From Candidatus Stahliibacteriota bacterium (GTDB lineage: Bacteria > Hydrothermota > Tepidihabitantia > SM23-42): a DNA stretch of 64,000 nt. Of the stretch, positions 50,101-62,558 are shown one piece after another; positions within the stretch are counted from its first letter, which is position 1; every line of letters starts with the position of its first letter. Position numbers and translations under genes: made by a program. Where the stretch lies: NCBI GenBank assembly GCA_030602565.1, contig JAUVZL010000005.1, positions 6,467 to 70,466 of the forward strand, in the 5' to 3' direction. Below the pieces are notes generated by a model, which was not told the DNA's origin, made no database searches, and worked only from the letters and a program-made list of their open reading frames with translations.

Positions 50101-53100
50101 GTTGACATAAACGAAAATGGTGTCCCGGTGGTTGTATTCTCTATAAAAGGGAACTCTGGTTCTAAAGACAAAAAGCATTGGTGGAGTGGCATAAATATGG
50201 GCTATTTTGTTGCTGATAGTAATCAATGGCTCGATTCAATAACTCTCTACGAGTATATAACTTACCAGGAAGAGCCTTTGCTCTTTTTCCCATTTGCCTT
50301 TAAAGTAAATGGTGACACAGTGCATTTAGTTTATTTTGTTGATAATATACTCAAGTATCGCTGGTATAATTTTGCAACCCCTGAGATTGGCAATCCCATA
50401 GACATTGGTACTGTTGCCACTGGTTTATTTGATATGAATGATTGTTATCCAGTTATTGACAGGGACCAAGATGGCAATTTATATGTTGCATGGTTCTTTG
50501 GAGAGTATGGTACCAGCTCAGGACTTCTCATGCATTATCGAGAACGGATTAATGGTGTGTGGCTAACAACTGAGGAATTTGAAATACCGTGGCGAGACAC
50601 GTGGCCTGGCATTGATCAGGGTGTTCGTTATCTGTCAATCAGGCGTTCAAATAATAAAACATACGTACTTTGTACTATTGCAGGAAGCATTCAGTATCCA
50701 GGTATTACCTGGTTAGAAGAACATAGTCTTGCACTCTCAGCATATGAAGGAAGTAACTGGCAGACCGAATGGGTGTTTCCTGATACTACAGTAAGTAATG
50801 CTCAGTTGCTCACAGAGAATTTGATCCTCTATGCTTTAGAAGTCAATAATAATTTCGATTTATATTATCAGGAGAAGATAGGCACTGGTTGGTCAGACCC
50901 AATTTGCATAAAAAACACCGCTGAGAAATCCAAGTTTCCACAGGGAGTTTTTGATGGTGAGAATATTGCCTTAATCTGGACTGAAGGTGATGAAGCCCCT
51001 TATGTTATAGATACCGCAAAGGTTCGTGTGATTCCGCATGTCGAGATTGTGTTTCCTACAGTTGAAAATATCCTTGGTTCAAGGCTGCGGGCTGGGTTAC
51101 CATTGGAAATAAACTGGACATCTTCAGACAATGTTGGTGTGGATCTGCACAGAGTATACTACAGTCTTGACTACGGCGCAACATACACTCAGATTGGTGG
51201 TGACTTATCAGGTACCACTTATGAACTGAGCTGGATCGTGCTGGATACGATTGTGTCGGGTTTGATGATCAAAGTTGAAGCATATGATGGTGCAGGTATG
51301 CTCAGTGCTCAAGAAGAGGGTTCTTTCATAACAACGAAAGAATTTGTCTTTAATCCCAATTTTGAAGACGTATCTGAGGATAAACCTTATCTTTGGACCT
51401 CGTATGGCACTGGCGATGTCTTTGAGGCAGACTGGGAATATGTACAGAATGGGCAATTTTCTACGCATATTAGTCGTGGCTCGGCAGATGGATATTTCGG
51501 TTTCTATCAAAAACAAATCCCAGTTGAACCGAATACAAAATACTGGTTACAGGGTTATATCAAAACCCAATCAACAGCAGGTACTGCAAATTTAGCATTT
51601 GGTGTGTGGCACTCGCATCCAGACACAAATCATCACCGCGATTTTGGTGATATTGCTGGCAATACAGATTGGACTTATGTATGTGATAGTCTTACAACAA
51701 GACCATATGAGGATACGATTCAAGTAATGATGTTTGGCAATCCCGCTTTTATTGGCGATGCACGGTTTGACAATTTGACATTGTTGATAGACACAGTAGC
51801 ACCACAAATCATAGTATCTTATCCTAATGGAGGAGAGAGTCTATTGGTTGAAGAGAAGATTCAAATCTACTGGTACGCGACAGATAACGTTAAAATGGGC
51901 AAAATTGACAGTATCTTATATTCTATTGATGCGGGTCAGAACTGGAATCTAATTGCAGTTGATTTACCAGAGACAATAAATTCCTATGAGTGGACTGTAC
52001 CAGCATTTTCAGATCAATACAAGATAAGGGTTGTGGCATCAGATGCCAGTGGCAATCGCTCAAGGGATGAATCGGATGACTGCTTTGCCACAACATATTT
52101 TAACTCCTCAGGATTTGAATATACTGACCCATATTGTTTTGAAAATGAGTTGATTGGTGTACAAGGAGTGGTTGATGCAGGTGCAATAAGAGTGGCTGGC
52201 TCCACAAATGGTGTTGAACCACACGCAGGTCAATTCATGTATAAGATCTACGGTACGGACAATGAAGCAACGCAGAACAGCTACGTAATTTATAAGGTGT
52301 TTCCATATGACTTTCCAATACATGATTCTACATATTTTTCGTTCTGGCTCTGCATAGAAGAAGCACCTACTGATTCTGGTCATATCTGTATGGACGCATA
52401 TACTAAAAGCGGTAATATTCTGAGAGCCTGGTCAAGATTCGGCAGGATTTTAGATCAGACCGGGCAGAGAATTCATCCGGCTTTGCATTCTGCACCAAAA
52501 CACCAGTGGTGTCAGTATGTTTTCTCTTTTGCACCGGCAGTGGCTGAGACGATTGACTATATTGAATTGATTTATGATGACTATGACCATTCAGAAACAG
52601 GATATTTTGAAGGCTATATTGATGATATCGAGGTTTCGGATAGCTTTCCGATCCAAGACACCTGGCATACAGAGAAGTTCCCAGTTGGAAGCCCACCGCT
52701 TGATCCTACTTATTGGGATCCGAATTTTGAGATGAATTTTGTTGCGGAGTTTTCTAACGGGGTAGAATTAATTATTGACCCGCAGGGTGATGGAGGTGAG
52801 GGCGCACACTGGGTTGCCCCAACTCCAGGTTTGCGAAATGATATCACCGATATACCGGTCGATCAAAATACAATGTTCTTCTGGCAGCAATATGACAAAG
52901 CTCATAGTCTAATTCTTTCGCTGCTGATCCATGACAGTTTTGATGAAGATCATTGGCTCACCTATGCTAAAAATGCCGACAATCACTGGTGGAAAGAGGG
53001 TTGGGTAAATATGGGGAACCCGAGTCAGAATTATGAGGTGTGGGAGTGGTTTTACAGGAATATCAGGGATGATTATATTGAAGAATATGGTGAAGGTGTG

Positions 53101-56100
53101 CCACCAAATGGCGTTGAGCCTCTTTTCATCAAAGAAATGAGATTAGAGCATTTCGCGAAATCAGAATGGCTTGGTGACCATGGTGGGACAATAAAAAACT
53201 TATTTATCGGTGAGGATACGATTGCTCCGATTGTTGAAGTAATACAGCCTAATGGCGGTGAGCGATGTGAGATCCGTAGTATTTATCCGATTATCTGGGA
53301 GGCAAGAGACAATTTACAAATCGGTCTTCAAAGTATTTACTACTCAACTGATGCAGGCGAATCCTGGCAAAATGTCATAGAGAACCAGCAATTTGAACCG
53401 ACGGCTTCGTACCAGTATGACTGGCAGATTCCTGACCATGCTTCTGACAATTGTCTGATAAAGGTGCTCTCCAATGATATAGCCAATAATACTGGAATTG
53501 ATATAAGCAATAACCCATTCTCAATCTGTTGGCTCACGAGCATAGACTCAATTGCAACAACTGGCAATGGTGAGAGGGTTGTTTATGACCAGGATACATT
53601 ACATATAACCTTCACTTCAGCCGATAGCATCTTCTATTCATATTCTTCGGATCAAGGCGAAACCTGGTGCCTAAAAGAATTCATTGATTTTGGTGAATAC
53701 CCCACAATAGCAATTGACCATAATCACGCACTGCATCTTATCTATAAGAAGAATAATACCCTTCGTCATAAGGAAATCAATGGTTCACCTGGTGGAGTGG
53801 CAATCTACACGACGAATCATGATCTACAATCACATTCATTTACCATTGTTAGTGACAAATGCTTCCTCGCATTTGAAGAGCGTGAATACCAGGGCATGGA
53901 TCCGATAAGTCATCTGATATATGGCTACCTTGACTTAGGTGTACCACCGAATGGTAATCTCATTACCCGGGAAATAATGGCCGACAATACTGAATTCTTA
54001 AAGAATCCCCATATTGCGATTTTCCAATCTGATGAGCCACATATTGCATATGAACGTGCAGATTCAATATATTATGTCTATCAATTACCTGATGGCGAGT
54101 TTTCTGCACCGTCTGAAATAGGCCTAGGTAAATCACCTTATATTTCGATTGATTACGAGATTATTGATGTGGTCTGGGAGAGTCAGAATGATATTTATCA
54201 TCGGAGGAAGTGGTATTATAGTAGTTTTGGCGAGGCTGAAAATATTTCACAGACACCAATGACAAAATCCAAAGAACCAGTTATCATTTCACCGTATCTC
54301 GTGATATGGCTCGAAGGACCCGGTGATATGCCAAATTCAAGATATGATGTAGTATACTCAATATGGCAGAGAGATAATTGGTCAGAACAAATAATAATTG
54401 CCACAAATACACAATTAGTTCACGGATTAAAAACATATTTTGACGGCGACAAAATCTACTGCACATACACCTATGGAAATTCAGGTCCTTATGCAATAGA
54501 AAACGCAAAAATGTCGGTCGGCATGATCTTACCACATAGAACATCGAAGACAAAATTAGCCACCGCCAGTAATAATGCAAAGAGAATAGTGTTTGATAAT
54601 GCAGAAATGCTCCATGTTTTTTATCGTTCTGGAGATTATCTTTTTTATACATATGACAATACAGACAGGATATTCGCTGAGGGTCGCTATCCAGCAGTAT
54701 TCTATGAACAGGATTCAATTCATACAATCTGGATTTCTGGATCGCTTTATCCACCGCATAATCTATGGTATCGCAAGGGAATTGCTGAAACCTGGGATGA
54801 GCCTATGGTTATCTGGTCAAGTCCTGGTTCACCTGACTACCAAATCTTACCACCTTCATTTACCGCGTCTAATGACAGTGGATATATTGTTATAGAAGAA
54901 GAACACACTATTGGCTCAACCCTATACTGGAAACTATACTTCATCACATTTCCACTTACTGATCCTTGTAACACTATCATGATGATAATCGATTCAGCAC
55001 AGATATCGCCACCTCCATCACCGCCGCCGCAAGAAGAACCGATTTCACCATCGATTACTCTGGATGATGATAATAATCCTCATATTGTCTGGTCAGACAA
55101 AAATGGACATATATGGTATACTTACAGACAATATGGAACCTTTGTACAGAAACAGGATTTAACCGAAGGGTATATCGGCGCAATTAATGCAAAGCGACCA
55201 TGTATTGAAAAGTACACGAACCGACTTAGCGTGGTATTTGAATTATTCAATGACATATACTATACATATCGTATACTTACGCCTGCACCGAGCGGATTTG
55301 ATTGGTCAGAGTTGAAGAACCTTTCTAACTCGGCGGACAGTTCATGTACACCGATTATTTTGTGCGGGTCCCAGGTATTTTATAGTGAAAAAGCGAATGA
55401 TAACTGGGAGATATTCAGTACGAATTTTGATGGATTTGAATGGAGCCCGCCTGAAAATATCAGCAATACTGCACCTGCGAGTTCGCATTATCCACAGGGC
55501 ACAGCACAGGTTAGCTTAGGTGATAAAGGAGGATCAAAAAAGATTGAGACTCTGATATATCTGGTGTGGACAGACGGCTATGAAGATGAATATCATCTTG
55601 AATATCTACAACTCATAGGTTCAGTGCCAAATTGGCAGAGCGGTGAGCTTACTGAAAACACAACCTGGGATGGTAATGTCTTTGTGACTGGTGATGTTAC
55701 AGTTAAAGACAATGTGAATCTCACAATAATGCCAGGCACCAATATATACTTCAGTTATCCAGACGATCAGTACAGTGGCAAGGACTATAACCGGTGTGAA
55801 TTGATCGTAAGTGGGGACTTAAATGCCGCGGGTACTCCACAGGATTCAATACAATTCATTGCGTATCCTGGTAATGAACCGCCATTTGGGAAACACTGGT
55901 ATGGTCTTGGAATATTTGATTATGGAAATGGAGCAATTAGTTATGGCCGAATAAGAAACAGTAATTACGCGGTCTTTCTAAATTATAATGCAACAGGTAG
56001 CATTGAAAACACAAGAATCGATAGTAATTCTTATGGCATCACAATCTCGAATAACAGCACTGCGGCAATCAGGAATAGTGAGATCATGTTCAACTCAAGT

Positions 56101-58413
56101 ATGGGGATCTATTGTTCTGGCTCGCGGGCAATTATTGACAGTAATTACATCTATAAAAACAGTCTGGCACAAGATACATTGAGGTGGACATCAGGAAGTC
56201 AGGATATCAAGGGGAAGGATACGCGGATATCGGATTATCAGGACAACAGGATAAAGGGGCAATGTAGTGGTTTGATTTATCAAACAGATGTCATTCTGAA
56301 CCATGCCCTGAACTTGTTTCATGGGTTGGTTCAGAATGACAAAAGAGGCGGCTATCCGGATACCTTACCATTTTCCTGTACTGGAATAGTTGTGATGAAT
56401 TCAGAGGTTGACATAGTAAACAACACAATAGTAGATAATTTCAAAGGGCTTTACACATCTGGATGGATTGTCGGTACAGTCAAAAACAATCTTTTTGATT
56501 CCAATAGATTCCACGGCTTTGACTTTGTGGGTGATTCACTCGATATTGAGATTTGTGGCAATACGTTCACCAATAATGGCTGGTATCCTTGGCCTATTGT
56601 TGAGTTAGCCGGCATTTATCAAGGTGTTTTTGAGTATCATTCAGGAACACGGATTGAGATAATAAATAACAAGTTTTACGATAATAATGTTGGTATTTAC
56701 TTTGCCAAATACTACCAGGCAGTATCGAGCCCAACCCAGGTATATGTGACTAACAATGAAATGCACAATAACAAACTGGGTATTGGTACACGCAATGACA
56801 GAGATGCGAATCTTGAGGTAATACTAATTTATAATACCATCGTCGATAATCAGGATTATCAGGTTTTTCATGAAACTTCTCTTAGTCAGGTACTCAACCT
56901 TGGCGATTTGGATAATGAATCAGCACTCGACGACGGTAACAATAAAATCTACAGCACTTCTGGTCTTTCCCAGTATGCTTTGGTAAACAAGACACCGTAT
57001 GAATTAAAGGCGCAGGGCAATTACTGGGCATCGCGGGATTCCGCTACAATAGATACGCTTTTTATCTATGATGATGACGAAGATCCTAATAGTGGATTGG
57101 TGAATTCCAACTACTTTGCAACCTGGGGTGAGATCGAGCCAGGTACTGTATGGCAAGGGATTGTGAATATTGGCGGCGATGTAGTGATTCCAGAGAATGT
57201 GACACTGACTATTGAGCCAGAAACTGAAATACGATTTGCCGCCAGAATTGATGGTGCGCAGGAAGGCATAGATACAACACGAACAGAAATGATTGTTTTT
57301 GGAGAAATCGAGGTTAGCAAAAAAGATGTGATAGGAGGAAATCAGGGTATTACGACGATACGAAATGATAAGTTAGAACGACAAAGTACGAAAACAAACA
57401 GGCACCTCGAAAATACAAAATTATCCCTAGATGATGATGGGAACCCGCTACCCAGAGAGGACGGCAAAATCTATTTCACTTCAGATGCATTTGAACCAGA
57501 ACCTGGTGATTGGTATGGAATACGATTTGTAAATGGTTTAAAACGTGAGATTGATGGTTGGATCGTTAAATACGCGATATCCGGTCTCGACTTACCAACC
57601 GCAGCAGGACTGGAATTGAAGAACTCAAACATTGTTAAGGCATTGGGATATGGCCTCCTGTATAGTGGCGATGAATTAGAAATGCGTTCTTGCTCACTCG
57701 TTTATTGCGGAATAGGTGCGAAAGTTACTGCTGATACTTTTGAAATTGATAGTGCTATTATTATAAGTAACAATGTAGGGATCCGAGTTGAGAACGGATA
57801 TGGCGAAATCAAGAATAGCTATTTGTTTGATAATGATACAGCCATCGTTATGGGTTTTGTAAACGGAGAGATGAAAGAAAATGTTATAAGAGAAAACAGA
57901 ATAGGTCTTTATATGGAAGAAGACTGTGGAGATTTGCGCATTGGAGCGTGCAATGAATTTAACCATAACTTTGTTTATCATATCTACAACGATACTCCTG
58001 ACAGCGTTGATGCAACAGAAAACTACTGGTATCCAGCAGAACCAGAATCAATTGCTCTTTATATCTATGACTATTATGACGATCCTAATTTAGGGGTTGT
58101 TTGGTTTGAGCCTATAGCCGGTGGGTTTGCAGGTGGTCCTCAAGGGTATAGTGATGCTCAATTAGAGAAAATAAAGGTCAGTTTCGGCTCAAATCCGACG
58201 ACACATTTTACAATCAACTACAGTCTGCCAAGTACCCAAAATGTCGATATCTCTGTTTATGATGTAACTGGCAGATTGGTTTCAAGAGAGGACGAGAAAA
58301 AAGAAAAAGGAATCTATAATTTGGCAATTAATAATCTTCCCAGTGGTGTTTACTTTGTGAAATTCAAAGCATCAGAATTTGCAACTGAAAGAAAAATAGT
58401 CCTTCTCCGATAA
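47130..58413 (+). CDS. Giant secreted multidomain protein (~3,760 aa if repaired): PHP/CehA-like metallohydrolase, FN3/Ig-like, CBM-like, propeller-like, beta-helix repeats, T9SS/FlgD-like tail; +1 frameshift at ~47273
   Basis: Signal peptide ORF at 47130 stops at TAA 47274; the main ORF carries DCHTHS, FTDH, GEEIS, AHP, GSDAH; 'NPNFE' CBM-like; 'P.GGE' Ig-like; N/I-rich PbH1 repeats; tail 'VYDVTGRLV...SGVYFVK'. Confidence 0.8.
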
Positions 58414-58678
58414 TAAAATGGAGCGCTCCGTTGGAATGCCTCGTCCTTCATAGCAGGCTTTCCAACGGGGTTTATCTTAAATTTTAAGATATATTGCACG
58501 ATGAATCGTGCGACTACATTAGTCCCCTGAGTTTTGAATAATTACGATTTCTCTTAGCCCTTGACATCTCACCAGTGGCAATTATAATAGTGCATTGAAT
58601 TTTAAAAGGCACTATAGAGAAAAAAGATACTTGTGTCTTTGATGATGCTTTAGGTATTTATCTGTTCGAGGAGGTATA

Positions 58679-58942
58679 ATGAAAAAAGTCTATATTTTTG
58701 GAAAGCCGACATGTCCGGTCTGTAAGGATGCTCGGAAAAAAATTGAGTATTTTAAGAAGAAGGAAAATTTCGCTGCACAAATAGAATATTATGATATGGA
58801 AACGATTGATGGTTTGACTGAAGGGGCGTTTCACGAGGTCAGTGATATCCCGACGGTCATTATTTTTGACGACAAGAATGAACTCGCCCGTTGGGTCAAA
58901 CAGCCACCAATCAGCAAAGAATTCTTACCCTATCTGGTTTAG
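58679..58942 (+). CDS. Thioredoxin/glutaredoxin-like protein
   Basis: CPVC motif, 'IPTVII'; RBS GGAGG. Confidence 0.85.
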   Translation: MKKVYIFGKPTCPVCKDARKKIEYFKKKENFAAQIEYYDMETIDGLTEGAFHEVSDIPTVIIFDDKNELARWVKQPPISKEFLPYLV

Positions 58943-58982
58943 CTATAGAACTAGTATTCTGTAACATTGATTTCTGCTGGGT

Positions 58983-59075
58983 GTCATTCCCGCCCCGTAT
59001 CAAGTACGGGGTAAACTCCAGCGGGAATCCAGAAGATTTCTTCCTGTGGATTGCCCGATCAAGTCGGGCAATGAC
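58983..59075. repeat. REP-like composite palindrome (GTCATTCCCGC...GCGGGAATCCAG; TGGATTGCCCGATCAAGTCGGGCAATGAC)
   Basis: Nested hairpins visible directly. Confidence 0.8.
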
Positions 59076-59176
59076 AACATGGTGTTTTCAAGAATTTATG
59101 TCACAGAGCACCAGTCTGTTATTTCACCTACCCTTTCATAGTAAGTTAGGATTCACATTGTCTTTAAGAAAATCAA

Positions 59177-59959
59177 GTGCAGAGTAAACTTAAAAAAATA
59201 AAAGCTGTCCTCAGCAATTATAAAGGTGTGGTCGTCGCATTTTCAGGCGGTGTCGACTCAAGCTTACTTTTGAAACTTGCAACCCAGGTATTGAAAGAAA
59301 ATGTAGTCGCGGTAACTGCGGTATCACCTCTTCACCCAAAAAATGAAATCGAGGATGCTAAGAAATTTACCAAATCTCTTCGCTGTAAACACCTTCTTAT
59401 TCAAAGCCACGAATTAGCAAACCCAAGGTTCATAAGCAATACAAAAAACCGCTGCTATTTGTGTAAACTTCAGGTTTTTACGCGTATCAAAATGATTGCT
59501 ACCAAATACGGCTATTCAGTGATTGAAGGATCCAATAAATCGGATTTGTCTGATTACCGACCTGGCATCAGGGCTTTGAAAAAACTAAAGATAAAGTCGC
59601 CTTTTATCGAAACCGGAATGACCAAGCAGGAGATACGGGTATTAGCGAAGAAACTACACCTGCCTAATTGGAACAAACCGTCAATGGCTTGCTTGGCATC
59701 GAGGGTCCCTTATGGAAGAATAATCAATAAGCCTATCCTTCAAAGGATTGGTAAAGCTGAAATCTATCTAAGTAGACTTAAGCTGTCCCAGATTCGTGTT
59801 CGTGACCACTTTCCTGTCGCGTTCATTGAAGTGTATCCCAATGAATTCAATGTCGTACTAAACAACCGCAGAAAAATTGTAAGATATTTTAAAAAACTCG
59901 GTTATAAATATACAGTCCTCGATCTTGCTGGCTATCAAACCGGTAGTCTGAATAAATAA
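59177..59959 (+). CDS. larE: ATP-dependent sacrificial sulfur transferase LarE family
   Basis: AFSGGVDS PP-loop, RCYLCK, DYRPG, KPSMACLASRVPYG, LAGYQTGSLN. Confidence 0.9.
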   Translation: MQSKLKKIKAVLSNYKGVVVAFSGGVDSSLLLKLATQVLKENVVAVTAVSPLHPKNEIEDAKKFTKSLRCKHLLIQSHELANPRFISNTKNRCYLCKLQVFTRIKMIATKYGYSVIEGSNKSDLSDYRPGIRALKKLKIKSPFIETGMTKQEIRVLAKKLHLPNWNKPSMACLASRVPYGRIINKPILQRIGKAEIYLSRLKLSQIRVRDHFPVAFIEVYPNEFNVVLNNRRKIVRYFKKLGYKYTVLDLAGYQTGSLNK

Positions 59960-59960
59960 A

Positions 59961-61049
59961 ATGAAAACCCCAAAAGAACTTGCTAAAGCACTTCTCAAGG
60001 TTGGACTTTTTGGCTTTGGCGGCGGTATCGGCATGCTCGCCATTTTGCGCGCAGAATGTGTCAAAAAGAGAAAATTAGTGACTGACGACGACCTATGCAC
60101 TGCCGTTGCCATGGGACAAATGTTACCTGGCCCATTTATCCCGAACTACTGTGAATATATAGGTTACCGTCTTTTTGGGCTGAAAGGAGCGGTGCTTGCT
60201 GCGGCTGCCATACTTATACCTTCTTTTATCCTCATGTTAGTTCTTTCGTGGTTTTACCTTACCTATCAATCACTCCCCGGTGTCACTTTAATCTTCAAGG
60301 GGATTGGTGCAGTAATGACTTCAATTATTCTCTGGGCTGCTTATGACATGGGTAGGGTTTTGATAAAAGACATCAAAGGCATTATTATTTTCGCCTTTGC
60401 CTTAATTCTCTTTCTTGTAAAATTCGATCCGATCTTCACGGTTTTTATCTGCGGGTTTCTCAGAGTAGGATTAGACCATATTAAGACTGCCAAACAATGT
60501 CTTCTTGCCATACCTTTATTTGTGTTCCAGGGGAAAAAAGCAATCACCTTGGCAGCAATATTTCTCAAGATCGGTGCGATCATATTTGGTGGTGGCTATG
60601 CAGCAATACCTTTTATCAAAAACGAAGTCTGCAATACAAGAGCTTGGCTTACCCCTCAGGAATTTCTTGATGGCATAGCACTGGGACAAATGACACCAGG
60701 CCCGGTCGCGATCACGGCAACATTTGTAGGTTTCAAAGTCATGGGCATCCCCGGCGCCATCATTGCAACGCTCAGTATTTTCTTGCCTTCTTTTATTATG
60801 CTTATGATTCTGGTGAAAATATACAAAAAAGTCGGTAATAATAAATATGTAATGTCATTTTTCAATGGCATAAAATCTGCGGTTGTGGCCATTTTATTAT
60901 CCACTGGTATTCTTTTTGCTTCGCTGAACTGGCTCAATATTCCGTATGGAATATTCGGGGTTATTGCTTTAATTATTCTTCTGCTGATAAAAATTGAACC
61001 TATTTTTTTAATTTTAGGTGGCGCGATATTTAGTTTGATTATCGGCTGA
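59961..61049 (+). CDS. Chromate transporter (CHR family, long form)
   Basis: Two repeats: GFGGG / IFGGG and QMLPGP / QMTPGP. Confidence 0.92.
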   Translation: MKTPKELAKALLKVGLFGFGGGIGMLAILRAECVKKRKLVTDDDLCTAVAMGQMLPGPFIPNYCEYIGYRLFGLKGAVLAAAAILIPSFILMLVLSWFYLTYQSLPGVTLIFKGIGAVMTSIILWAAYDMGRVLIKDIKGIIIFAFALILFLVKFDPIFTVFICGFLRVGLDHIKTAKQCLLAIPLFVFQGKKAITLAAIFLKIGAIIFGGGYAAIPFIKNEVCNTRAWLTPQEFLDGIALGQMTPGPVAITATFVGFKVMGIPGAIIATLSIFLPSFIMLMILVKIYKKVGNNKYVMSFFNGIKSAVVAILLSTGILFASLNWLNIPYGIFGVIALIILLLIKIEPIFLILGGAIFSLIIG

Positions 61050-61050
61050 A

Positions 61051-62367
61051 TCAGTACAGAACCTGGTAGATTTTAACCGGGTCTTCTTTCCCCTTCACTT
61101 TAATAAACATGGACTCAGAAAATTTATAGGGAACCTTGGTTTCTTTAAATACATCTTCCGATATGATTATTTCGCCACCACTAGCTACTTCCTGAAGTCT
61201 ATTCGCGATATTAACTGCGCCACCGATGACCGTGTAATCCAGACGGACCTTGGCTCCGATGTTCCCAACCACCACCTCACCGGTGTTGATACCAATGCCG
61301 ACTTTCATCATTTCGCGGTCTTTTCTGTTTCTCTGCTCGCTCATTTCAAACATGGACTTCTGAATTTCCACGGCGGCGTGGATCGATCGATCAGTATCAT
61401 CATCATGAGCAATGGGCGCGCCAAAAACTCCCATTATAGAATCGCCGATGAACTTATCAACCGTCCCCTCATACTTGAAAATGACCCTGGTCATGATCGT
61501 AAGCACTTCATTGAGCAACGTGACAACTCTTTCAGCAGGTAAACGTTCGGTAAGTGGTGTGAAACCTCTTATATCGGCAAAAAGGACTGTAACCTTACGC
61601 CTGCTCCCTTGTAGTGTTTCGATATATTGATCCGGGTTCTTGAAGATCTCTTCAGCCACCTGCCGCGATACATATCTGCGAAACGCATCCTTGATTTGTT
61701 CTTTCTCCCTCAGGCTATCAGTCATTTGGTTAAAGGCAGTCGTCAAATCACCTATTTCATCATCAGCTTTTCTTTTCAGTGTTAGACTCAAATCCCCTTT
61801 TGTGACCGCTTTAACCCCATTAAGGAGTTCGTGAATTGAACCAGTAAAATATCGTGAAAGCAACATGGCGCCGAGCGTACCGAGGAGTAACCCCGTTACC
61901 GAAATAACTATAAGGACAACCTGCATAGCATTGGTCGTGTCGATTATCCTTTCCATATCAAGCCCCACATTAACCTTACCGATCTCCCTTTGCCCGACTA
62001 ACACAATCGGTCGAGTTACGTGGTATATATTGTGCGGTTTAATAATCACATCCACCGGACGGCCAATCAGCGCCATCTCATTATGCGCACGAATAACACT
62101 GTTACGGTCTGTAATATACGCATAGCGCACGCCTTCATTCTTGACTGCATCAATTACTAGACGCACTAAGTATAGGTCATCGTTTGCAATCAGTAGATCT
62201 TCGGCATTTAAAGCAATAAGGTTTGCCAGAATTTCACCCTGGAGCCTTATTTCGTGAGTCAAAGATTTCCTAACCCGATATAGAGTGAACCAGAAGATAA
62301 CACTCGTTATCACCAGCATAAGGAGAAACATCAAGATGCTGAATTTTACTCTTATAGGAATCCGCAT
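61051..62367 (-). CDS. Class III adenylate/guanylate cyclase with sensor and HAMP domains
   Basis: HAMP 'DEIGDLTTAFNQM'; 'TVLFADIRGFT', 'DKFIGD', 'YTVIGGAVNIANRLQ'. Confidence 0.93.
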   Translation of the reverse strand: MRIPIRVKFSILMFLLMLVITSVIFWFTLYRVRKSLTHEIRLQGEILANLIALNAEDLLIANDDLYLVRLVIDAVKNEGVRYAYITDRNSVIRAHNEMALIGRPVDVIIKPHNIYHVTRPIVLVGQREIGKVNVGLDMERIIDTTNAMQVVLIVISVTGLLLGTLGAMLLSRYFTGSIHELLNGVKAVTKGDLSLTLKRKADDEIGDLTTAFNQMTDSLREKEQIKDAFRRYVSRQVAEEIFKNPDQYIETLQGSRRKVTVLFADIRGFTPLTERLPAERVVTLLNEVLTIMTRVIFKYEGTVDKFIGDSIMGVFGAPIAHDDDTDRSIHAAVEIQKSMFEMSEQRNRKDREMMKVGIGINTGEVVVGNIGAKVRLDYTVIGGAVNIANRLQEVASGGEIIISEDVFKETKVPYKFSESMFIKVKGKEDPVKIYQVLY

Positions 62368-62477
62368 AGGCTAAGTGAAAGAATAACGTATTTTCATACG
62401 ATGTCAACAAAAAACACACGGAAATCAGACTTTATTGTCATTGACAGTGCACCATTTTTAGATATAATTTTGATTGA

Positions 62478-62550
62478 GGCGGCGTAGCTCAGCTGGCAGA
62501 GCAGGAGAATCATAATCTCTGTGTCGGGGGTTCAAATCCCTCCGCCGCTA
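62478..62550 (+). tRNA. tRNA-Met (CAT), elongator-like
   Basis: GGCGGCGTAGCTCAG...ATCATAA...GGTTCAAATCCCTCCGCCGCTA; promoter TTGACA-16-TATAAT at 62441-62468. Confidence 0.93.
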
Positions 62551-62558
62551 CTATACTT

